Assembly: GCF_000017945.1 (NCBI RefSeq)
Contig: NC_009776.1
Location: forward strand, 1,050,001-1,082,000
From: Ignicoccus hospitalis KIN4/I
Lineage (GTDB): Archaea; Thermoproteota; Thermoprotei_A; Sulfolobales; Ignicoccaceae
DNA: 32,000 bases
Direction of reading: 5' to 3'
In this document: piece by piece, positions 25,186 to 32,000 of the stretch
Position numbering within the stretch: position 1 is the stretch's first letter
How the letters are laid out: each line of letters starts with the position of its first letter
Position numbers and translations under genes: made by a program
The notes under the pieces: generated by a model
What the model was told of the DNA's origin: nothing
Database searches by the model: none
Seen by the model: the letters and a program-made list of their open reading frames with translations, nothing else

Positions 25186-26076
25186 TTAAACGCTGCCGCT
25201 GGTGGCCTCGTCGATTATCACGTTCAACAACCTGTTGAGTATCCTTAAGCTCCTTATCTTGGAGGGGTCCTTCGAGGCGGCCACCAACACCGGCCCGCCC
25301 CGGGTGGTCTGGTCGTAGAGGGCGGCGTCGAAGGGAACTATGACTATTACCTTAGCCCCTATTTTGCTCTGCAACTCTTTTGCTCTGGTCATTATTTCCT
25401 TGCTGTCCTTCTGGTTCGTGAGTAATGCGGAGGGCACCCTATTTACAATAAGGGCCAATATCTTGTTAGGGAACAAGGTTTTGGCCAAGTGCTCGGTCTG
25501 GCGGAAGCTCTGGGGCATGTGGTCCACCACGACAATCAGCCACCTAGAGGTGACGTTCACTATCTCCTTGAAGGCTTGCAAACCCATCCAAGAGGGCACT
25601 TGAAAGTCGTTAAACACTATGTCCCCTATAACCGAGACCTTCTTAGCTAGGGCGTTGGCCCTTTCGGCCCTCCCGGGGAAGTTTGGGTTGCCCAAAGCTT
25701 CTATTATGCGGTCGCTCACCTCGCCGTACTTCTTGGTGGGGGGAGTTAGGAAGAGCTCCAACGGCTTGCCCCCTTCCTCCCTCCTCACTTTGACCTTCAA
25801 GCTCAAGTTGGCCTTCTCGTCGCACTCGCCGGCGACGTAGTTCCACGCCCCGCACTCGGTCTCCCAGCCCTTTCCCAGTATCTTCAAGCTCGCCCTAGCG
25901 TTGTAAGGGTCCCAATCGACCAGCGAGGGCGTCATTCCCCTTCTGGCCAACAGGAAGCTGAGCTCAACAGCTATGGTAGTCTTGCCCACGCCCCCCTTGA
26001 AGCCGACGACGCCAATGCTGTTGGGCGGAGGCTCGAGGACCTCACTCTTCTTCTTCCGTCCGAACAGCGGCATCAC
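25186..26076 (-). CDS. ParA/MinD-like P-loop ATPase
   Basis: IGVVGFKGGVGKTTIAVELSFLLARRGMTPSLVDWDPYNARASL. Confidence 0.85.
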   Translation of the reverse strand: MMPLFGRKKKSEVLEPPPNSIGVVGFKGGVGKTTIAVELSFLLARRGMTPSLVDWDPYNARASLKILGKGWETECGAWNYVAGECDEKANLSLKVKVRREEGGKPLELFLTPPTKKYGEVSDRIIEALGNPNFPGRAERANALAKKVSVIGDIVFNDFQVPSWMGLQAFKEIVNVTSRWLIVVVDHMPQSFRQTEHLAKTLFPNKILALIVNRVPSALLTNQKDSKEIMTRAKELQSKIGAKVIVIVPFDAALYDQTTRGGPVLVAASKDPSKIRSLRILNRLLNVIIDEATSGSV

Positions 26077-26151
26077 TGCCCTCCGAGCGGTGTCTCCATC
26101 GAATGGCTTTAACTTAATGCTTTCTGCACGGGGCTGTCAGGGGGTTAAGGG

Positions 26152-26490
26152 ATGTCGGACCCCGTGAAGAGAGCGGCCCAGCTCTTGAAGGAAGGCGCCA
26201 CGATGTTGCCGGAGACTTGTCCTATATGCGGCTCCCCCCTCTACAAGCTCAAAGACGGCACGATAGTTTGTCCCATCCACGGCGAAATACGTAGGATCAA
26301 GAGCGCGGTCGAACAGAAGGGTAAGAAGGAGTTAAACGTCAACGAAGTATTGAAGGAGGTCACAGAAGTAGCTTTAGAGAAGCTCAGCAAGCTCTCCTCG
26401 AAGGCGTATACGGGAGGGAAGGAGGAAGCTGAAGAAATGTTGCTATGGCTGAAGGTCCTTGAAAAGGCCGTAAAGCTCAAGGGCGAGTGA
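26152..26490 (+). CDS. Autoantigen p27 (SSSCA1)-type zinc-ribbon protein
   Basis: MSDPVKRAAQLLKEGATMLPETCPICGSPLYKLKDGTIVCPIHG. Confidence 0.85.
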   Translation: MSDPVKRAAQLLKEGATMLPETCPICGSPLYKLKDGTIVCPIHGEIRRIKSAVEQKGKKELNVNEVLKEVTEVALEKLSKLSSKAYTGGKEEAEEMLLWLKVLEKAVKLKGE

Positions 26491-27028
26491 GGGCCTCGAT
26501 CGCTCGGGCCGTGCTAACCACCTCCGCCCCGTACACGGCCTTCATGTACTCCAACCACCTCTGTTGCTCCTCCGGGGGGACGGACATCGTCGCGTCCTCC
26601 ACCACGGTCACCTTGTACCCCCTGAAGAAGGCGTCCGCGGCGGTGTGCAACACGCACACGTTGGTCGCCACTCCGGTCAAGACCACCTCACTAACTCCGA
26701 GCTCTCTGAGCAACAAGTCCAAGTCAGTGGAGAAGAAGGCCGAGTACCTCCTCTTGGTCACCACGTAGTCCCCTTCCTCGGGGGCGAGCTCCTCCACCAC
26801 TTGGGCCCCCCAAGTGTTGGCCACCGCGTGGGGGCCCCAGAGCTCGAGCTCCTTGTCCACTCCGGGCAAGTGGGCGTCGTTGGTGTAAATCACCGGCAGC
26901 CCGGCCTCCTTGAAGGCCCTCTTAAGCTCCTTCACCTTGGGTATTATAGTCTCAGACTTGGGGACGTACAACTTGCCCTTAGGGTTTACGAAGTCGTTTA
27001 ACATGTCTATTATGAGCAAGGCCTTCAT
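26477..27028 (-). CDS. Isochorismatase/nicotinamidase-family cysteine hydrolase
   Basis: ALLIIDMLNDFV, VTKRRYSAFFSTDLDLLLRELGVSEVVLTGVATNVCVLHTAADAFFRGY; start M at 27028. Confidence 0.9.
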   Translation of the reverse strand: MKALLIIDMLNDFVNPKGKLYVPKSETIIPKVKELKRAFKEAGLPVIYTNDAHLPGVDKELELWGPHAVANTWGAQVVEELAPEEGDYVVTKRRYSAFFSTDLDLLLRELGVSEVVLTGVATNVCVLHTAADAFFRGYKVTVVEDATMSVPPEEQQRWLEYMKAVYGAEVVSTARAIEALTRP

Positions 27029-27104
27029 TTCGGCGCCCCGTGGTGCTTCAGTAAGCCTTAGCAAGTTATATGCAAGGGCTTTACCCAACGGGCGGTGCGG
27101 GCCT

Positions 27105-28010
27105 TTGTGGGTTTGCGCGAGAGCCCCCTCGAGCTCCGCTAACTTAGGCCCCGGCTACGACGTGCTCGCCTTGGCGCACGACGCTTACTTCGACGTGGTC
27201 TGCGTAAGGCCCTCGGAAGAAACTAGGGTAGTAAAGGTGACCGGCGAGTGGAAGGTGCCGCTAGAGAGGAACAGCGCCTTGGCGGCTGCCGAGGAAGCCC
27301 TCAAGAGGCTCGGGGGGAAGGGGGTTGAGATATGGGTACACAAGGGCGTCCCCCCGGGAAGGGGGCTAGGCTCCTCCGGCGCCAGCGCGGCCGCCGCCGT
27401 CAAGGCTGTAGAGCTCCTCTTGGGTAAGTCGTTGAGTCCCGAGGAAGCTGTTATGAGTGCGGCTGAGGGCGAGAGGCTGGTCTCCGGGGCCGCCCACGCG
27501 GACAACGTGGCGGCCTCCTACCTAGGGGGATTGGTAGCCGTAACCTACGACCCGTTCAAGGTGCTCAAGTTCGAGGTGGCCGAGGTAGAGCTCTACGTGG
27601 TGACCCCGTGGCACGAGGTCCCGGAGGGGAAGACCGGCGCCGCCAGGTCGGTCCTCCCGGAGGAGGTGAAGCTGAGGGACGCCGTCAAGATGGTCGGCGG
27701 CGCTGCGGCAGTGATCAAGGCTTTGACCTCCGGCGACGAGGACCTCTTAGCAAAGGCCATAGAAATGGACCCCGTGGTGACGCCGGCCCGCTCGAAGCTG
27801 ATACCGTGCTTCGAGGAAGTGGTGAAGGCGGCGAAGGGAGGAGGGGCGAAGGGCGTCACCATCTCCGGCGCGGGGCCCAGCTTGCTCCTCGTCGGAGGGG
27901 GAGCGGAAGAGGCCAAGGCCGCTTGGGAGAGGTGCGGGGTCAAGGCGACTTACAAGAAGGTCAAGCCCGCTCGCGGCTCCTCCGCCGTTCCTCCTCCCTC
28001 TCTTGGATGA
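27105..28010 (+). CDS. thrB: Homoserine kinase (GHMP kinase)
   Basis: APSSSANLGPGYDVLALA, VPPGRGLGSSGASAAAAV, GVTISGAGPSLL; TTG start inferred. Confidence 0.87.
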   Translation: MWVCARAPSSSANLGPGYDVLALAHDAYFDVVCVRPSEETRVVKVTGEWKVPLERNSALAAAEEALKRLGGKGVEIWVHKGVPPGRGLGSSGASAAAAVKAVELLLGKSLSPEEAVMSAAEGERLVSGAAHADNVAASYLGGLVAVTYDPFKVLKFEVAEVELYVVTPWHEVPEGKTGAARSVLPEEVKLRDAVKMVGGAAAVIKALTSGDEDLLAKAIEMDPVVTPARSKLIPCFEEVVKAAKGGGAKGVTISGAGPSLLLVGGGAEEAKAAWERCGVKATYKKVKPARGSSAVPPPSLG

Positions 28011-29073
28011 GCCTCTCCATCATCGCCAAGCTTCCCGAAACTCCTAAGACGGCCAGCGCCGCGTACATTATCGTTTGTAACACGTCCCCGTTCAAGAGCC
28101 TCTCCAGCGCTTGGGAGTAGCTCGCCCCTTGGGGCAAAGAGGAGAGGGCGCTCCCTATCTTCACGACCGTCATGGTCGCCGCCGCCAACACGGTTATTTC
28201 TGTAGCCTCCCTCCAAACGGTCAAGTCCTTGTTCCTCAGCTTGTCTAACATTTTAGAGAATATGAACATGGAGGCTCCGAGGGCGACGAAGGGTACGGCG
28301 TTCACGCTTACCTCTCCCAACGTCCTTACGTCTATCTTCTTATACTGGATCACCGTTAGGTACGTCACTAATATAGCTATCATGAAGGAAACTGTCGATA
28401 TCGTTAGGGTAGCGAGGGTCACCGGCTTGGTCCTCCACCACCTCGAGAGGGCCTCGTCCAGCCCGTAGCCCTTCACCACCATGAAAGTACCCAAGAGCAG
28501 CCCCAAGACCGGCAGGCTGTACGTAATGAGGCCGGTGAGCGTCAGGAAGCTCAAAGTGAGCAGCACCACCCCCGGTACCCCTAGGAAGTACCTCGCGAAG
28601 CGCCTCTCCTCGGTCACTTTTTTGATTATCTTGTTCAAGAGTACGTAAGTCTGCTCCAAGCTTCTAGACTGTTCTATCACGACTTTCTTAACGGAGATTA
28701 TGGGGGCGAGGTCTTGGATAACCGGTATTATGCGCTCGTCCTCGGGGCTGTCTATCACGAGCACTATCCCCTCCGCGGGATAGCGAGATAGGACGGCCGC
28801 CAGTTGGCTCCTCACCCTCATGTGGGCCTCCACGCCCCCGTGCTCCGAGCCCGCTATCGCGGCCGCCTCAGTCTCAACGTCCTTCGAGGCTAACATGTTA
28901 GCTATAGAAAGGGTAGCGAACATGGCGTTGAGGTCCGCGTCCTCGGGCCTCTTGAGCCCGAACTCCACGGCCGCCTTCAGCAGCTCCTCCTTACCTATAA
29001 TAGGAGTGTTTATCCCCACCTTCCCGAGGTCGTCGTCCACGTCAACCGTTACTACCAATATTTTCTTGACCAT
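27961..29073 (-). CDS. DUF373-family membrane protein
   Basis: VVTVDVDDDLG, DADLNAMFATLSIA, AAIAGSEHGGVEAHMRVRSQLAAVL plus multiple TM segments. Confidence 0.85.
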   Translation of the reverse strand: MVKKILVVTVDVDDDLGKVGINTPIIGKEELLKAAVEFGLKRPEDADLNAMFATLSIANMLASKDVETEAAAIAGSEHGGVEAHMRVRSQLAAVLSRYPAEGIVLVIDSPEDERIIPVIQDLAPIISVKKVVIEQSRSLEQTYVLLNKIIKKVTEERRFARYFLGVPGVVLLTLSFLTLTGLITYSLPVLGLLLGTFMVVKGYGLDEALSRWWRTKPVTLATLTISTVSFMIAILVTYLTVIQYKKIDVRTLGEVSVNAVPFVALGASMFIFSKMLDKLRNKDLTVWREATEITVLAAATMTVVKIGSALSSLPQGASYSQALERLLNGDVLQTIMYAALAVLGVSGSLAMMERLIQEREEERRRSRERA

Positions 29074-29926
29074 CGCCCTCCACCATCATTAAGGCTTGCA
29101 GCTCCTCGAAGGTCAGCGGTTCGCCCCGCTCCATCTTCTCCTTCGCCCTCTTGGCGAGCTCGCTTAGCAAGGCCTCACCCTTGTTCTTCGCCGCCATTGC
29201 CTCTCCCTTCTTTATCTCTTCTACCAGTTTCCTCTTTTCCTCCCGGAGTTGGGAGAGCTTGAGGTCTATCTCCTCGACCTTCTTAGAGTATTCGTCTATC
29301 TTCGCTTTCAGTTCGTCTATCTTTCCGTTCAGCCTGTCCACCTCCTCTCTGACGTTACTTATCCTACCGTCCACCTCGCTGATCTTGTTGGAGATCTCGT
29401 TTATGTTCTCGTTGTAGCTCTTAATTAGGAGCCTGAGCCTGGCGAGCTCTGCCCTAAGCTCTATTAACTTCTTCTTCGCCTCTTCGACTTTGGTGAGCCT
29501 CTCCAAGGCCTCCTCCAACCTGGCTATCTCCCTAACTATCTCCTCTTCCTCCTCCCTCGTCAACACGTTGGTCTGGAGCCTCCACTCCAGCTGCTGTATT
29601 CTCCTCCTCAAGGAGTTGGGGGAAGGGCCCCTCTTGCCTTGCTCTACTATGGACTTGAGCTTCTTCAGCTCCTCCAGAACTTGGTTCAGCTTTTGTTTCG
29701 CCTCCCTGCGGGACTCCTTGAGCTGCCTCAGCTCCTCCACTAGCTTCGCCCTCTCCGCCCTGAGCTCCCTCAGCCTCTCCACCTCTGCCCTCTTCTTTTC
29801 TATGAGCGCCTTCCTCTGAGCCCTCAACTCCTTTATCTTTGTAATTAACTCGGCTCTCTCCTTCCTTAGCTCCTCTATTTCCGCGTTTATTTCGTCTAAC
29901 TTGACCTCGAGGGCGTTGGACCTCAT
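29042..29926 (-). CDS. Long coiled-coil protein
   Basis: 294 aa, almost continuous charged heptad-like sequence; overlaps the DUF373 ORF start. Confidence 0.8.
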   Translation of the reverse strand: MRSNALEVKLDEINAEIEELRKERAELITKIKELRAQRKALIEKKRAEVERLRELRAERAKLVEELRQLKESRREAKQKLNQVLEELKKLKSIVEQGKRGPSPNSLRRRIQQLEWRLQTNVLTREEEEEIVREIARLEEALERLTKVEEAKKKLIELRAELARLRLLIKSYNENINEISNKISEVDGRISNVREEVDRLNGKIDELKAKIDEYSKKVEEIDLKLSQLREEKRKLVEEIKKGEAMAAKNKGEALLSELAKRAKEKMERGEPLTFEELQALMMVEGDGQENIGSNG

Positions 29927-29929
29927 GAT

Positions 29930-30709
29930 TCACAACCTCGCGGAAGGCTCCTCCGTTGCGTAGTCCTCTCCTCCCGCCAGAGCGCGCTGCACCGCGGCGT
30001 ATATATTGTCAAGCCCTTCTTCGGTTAGAGAAGACGCGAAGAGCACCTCGCCCAACCCGGCCTCCTCTAGAGCTTCTACCACCCTCGCGAGCGCGGGGGG
30101 AGCGTCTCCCAAGCTCATCGCCAAGGACCCCAAGTCCTCCAACCAAGAATCTATTACGTTTATAATTTCCTCGCTCAATAAATCGGACTTGCTTATGACG
30201 TGTATCAGCGGAACCTTCATTCTGGCCGTCACGCTCAGGCCCAGCAGCAGCGCGGAGGTGAAGGAGTAGGGATCCGCGGAACCCTCGCTTATGAAGAGCG
30301 AAGGGTCTATTAGGTAAACTAGGACTGCCTTGTCGTTAGCAGTTATCTTTTTGAATAGCTCCAGCGTACTCTTCCTATACGCGAAGAGCTCCAGCTGTCC
30401 GGGCGTGTCCACTATTACGTAATTGCTCTCGGTCTCCTCTATGCTCGCCCTGAGCTGGTCCGCATAAAGGAGCATCAAGTCCACGGACTTGACCAAGGCT
30501 CCGTTAGGCCCCAGCCCCTCCTTCAAGAGCTCTTTGTAATTGACGTACTCCCGCACGTCTACGTCCGGAGCGTAGGGGAGGACCTCCACGGCGGGGTCCA
30601 AGTTAACCCTGCAAGCGCTCATCTCGTGGTCCTCTATCCAGTCGCCCAACGTCTTGGTCATGCTAGTCTTTCCAGAGCCCGCGGTCCCTACCAAGTAAAC
30701 GAAGTACAT
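29930..30709 (-). CDS. GPN-loop GTPase (XAB1/Gpn family)
   Basis: YLVGTAGSGKTSMTKTLGDW, VNLDPAVEVLPYAPDVDVREYV, VDTPGQLELFAYR, ISKSDLL; ATG at 30709. Confidence 0.93.
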   Translation of the reverse strand: MYFVYLVGTAGSGKTSMTKTLGDWIEDHEMSACRVNLDPAVEVLPYAPDVDVREYVNYKELLKEGLGPNGALVKSVDLMLLYADQLRASIEETESNYVIVDTPGQLELFAYRKSTLELFKKITANDKAVLVYLIDPSLFISEGSADPYSFTSALLLGLSVTARMKVPLIHVISKSDLLSEEIINVIDSWLEDLGSLAMSLGDAPPALARVVEALEEAGLGEVLFASSLTEEGLDNIYAAVQRALAGGEDYATEEPSARL

Positions 30710-30779
30710 GACGTCGCGTCCGCGCTCGCTCCTACACAAACCTTTAATCTATTGGTTGCCTACCCGTCCTTAGAGAGTC

Positions 30780-31763
30780 ATGACGTCGCTTACGGCTAAG
30801 GACATTATGAGGAAAGTTTTCCCGGTTGCCGACCCGGAGGAGCCGGTCTTAGAGGCCGCGAAGAAGATGGTAGAGCACGAGTACGGCGCGGTGTTGATAC
30901 TCTCAGACGACGGCACCTTGAGCGGGATAATGACCGAGAGGGACGTGCTTAGGGCGGTTGCAGAGGGGAAGGACATAGCGCAAATACCGGTCAAGGACTT
31001 GATGAAGAAAACCACCGTCGTGGTACACAAGGACGTTCCAGTAAGGCTCGTCTTGCAGCTGTTCGGCGCGTACAAAGTTAGGAGGATGCCGGTGACGGAC
31101 GACGACGGGAGGGTCATAGGAGTTATAAGCTCCACGGACGTGGTTTACGAGGCCATACCCAAGGTCCTCCACCCCCTCGCGGGCAGGATAGGGGACGCCA
31201 TGAAGCCCGCGGAGGAAGTGGAGGACAGCGTGCCCAGCGCCGCTAGGTACTTCGCCTCGAAGAAGGTGGACGGCGCGCTGGCCGGGGGCAAGCTCATATC
31301 CGAGAGGAGCGTCATAAGGGCCTTGCTGGACTCCACCAAGCCCAGCGAGAGGGCCGAGCGGGTCATCTACGTCCCGCCGGAGATGAACTTGAGGAACGCC
31401 TCTATACTCATGAAGCTGAACAAGATAAGGTTCGTGATGAACGACAACAACTACGCGTTTACGAGGGACATAGCAATAGCCGCGACGGAGAGGGCCGAGT
31501 TCACTATGAAGAGTTACATACTGATAAAGACTAAGCCGGGCTTCGAAAAGGAAATCGCAGAGAAGGCCTCCTCTTTGAAGAGCAACATAGTTAGCATAGA
31601 GTACGTCGCGGGCCCCTACGACTTGGTGTTGACGGCGCTAACCGGCCCCCAAGAGGAGGTGAAGGACTTGCTCATCCCCCTCTTAAGGGACAAGGAGCAA
31701 GTGGTTGACACTTTAACCCTTGTTGTCCTAGGGGAAAAGTACTTAGGAGGGAGCGGAGAATAA
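30780..31763 (+). CDS. CBS-domain protein with C-terminal AsnC/Lrp-type ligand-binding domain
   Basis: Two CBS motifs (LSGIMTERDVLRAVAEG, RVIGVISSTDVVYEA) and KSYILIKTKPGFEKEIAEKASSLKSNIVSIEYVAGPYDLVLTALTG. Confidence 0.88.
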   Translation: MTSLTAKDIMRKVFPVADPEEPVLEAAKKMVEHEYGAVLILSDDGTLSGIMTERDVLRAVAEGKDIAQIPVKDLMKKTTVVVHKDVPVRLVLQLFGAYKVRRMPVTDDDGRVIGVISSTDVVYEAIPKVLHPLAGRIGDAMKPAEEVEDSVPSAARYFASKKVDGALAGGKLISERSVIRALLDSTKPSERAERVIYVPPEMNLRNASILMKLNKIRFVMNDNNYAFTRDIAIAATERAEFTMKSYILIKTKPGFEKEIAEKASSLKSNIVSIEYVAGPYDLVLTALTGPQEEVKDLLIPLLRDKEQVVDTLTLVVLGEKYLGGSGE

Positions 31764-31790
31764 AGGACATTGAGGAAAGGGTGCTAAAGG

Positions 31791-32000
31791 ATGGCTGAGG
31801 TCCTCGCTTTCGACAGCTCAGAGAAGCTTAAGGAGTACATCGAAAAGTTGAAGGATGAGCTCGAGGAGAGGGAAATGGTCGTCAAGAAGCTTATTGAGAG
31901 CTACGAAGAGGAGGTGGCAGAGCTCGAGGTGCTCAAGAAGATGGGGGCGAGCATACAAGAGGGGGACGCGACCTTAAAGCTCTCAATAGAGGGGGTACCC
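31791..32000 (+). CDS. Hypothetical coiled-coil protein, 3' truncated by window edge
   Basis: ATG at 31791, open to window end: MAEVLAFDSSEKLKEYIEKLKDELEEREMVVKKLIESYEEEVAELEVLKKMG. Confidence 0.6.
   Translation, partial: MAEVLAFDSSEKLKEYIEKLKDELEEREMVVKKLIESYEEEVAELEVLKKMGASIQEGDATLKLSIEGVP

Noticed and set aside
1-32000. Cas, toxin-antitoxin, restriction-modification, transposase or prophage modules
   Set aside because: I looked for nuclease, transposase, integrase, methyltransferase-endonuclease and paired small toxin/antitoxin signatures and could not support any; the methyltransferases here look like housekeeping or small-molecule enzymes.

Overview
Archaeal chromosomal window. Gene content and order suggest a crenarchaeon of the Desulfurococcales, possibly Ignicoccus; that taxonomic placement is inference. 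It is densely packed with housekeeping genes: (1) a secretion/translation operon rpl18a(partial)-pfdA-ftsY-secE-nusG-rpl11-rpl1-rpl10; (2) a divergent Sfm1-like SPOUT methyltransferase / Trm1 pair; (3) a GDPD-Rpp21-CRM-phosphoesterase cluster; (4) an rpl34e-adk-secY cluster; (5) a large family-5 ABC substrate-binding protein; (6) a FecCD-type permease plus binding protein next to moaC; (7) a ParA/MinD-like ATPase, homoserine kinase, DUF373, coiled-coil protein, GPN GTPase and CBS/AsnC-like protein. Non-coding elements are more unusual: an intron-bearing tRNA-Lys(CTT) whose 32-nt intron maps to variable-loop position 45/46 with a full BHB motif; a tRNA-Leu(TAA); an isolated 4-repeat/3-spacer CRISPR mini-array with no cas genes in the window; and a strong candidate H/ACA guide RNA at ~16758-16829 whose pocket reads as a guide for the 23S rRNA helix 69 pseudouridine. 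I found no convincing multigene novel defence system.
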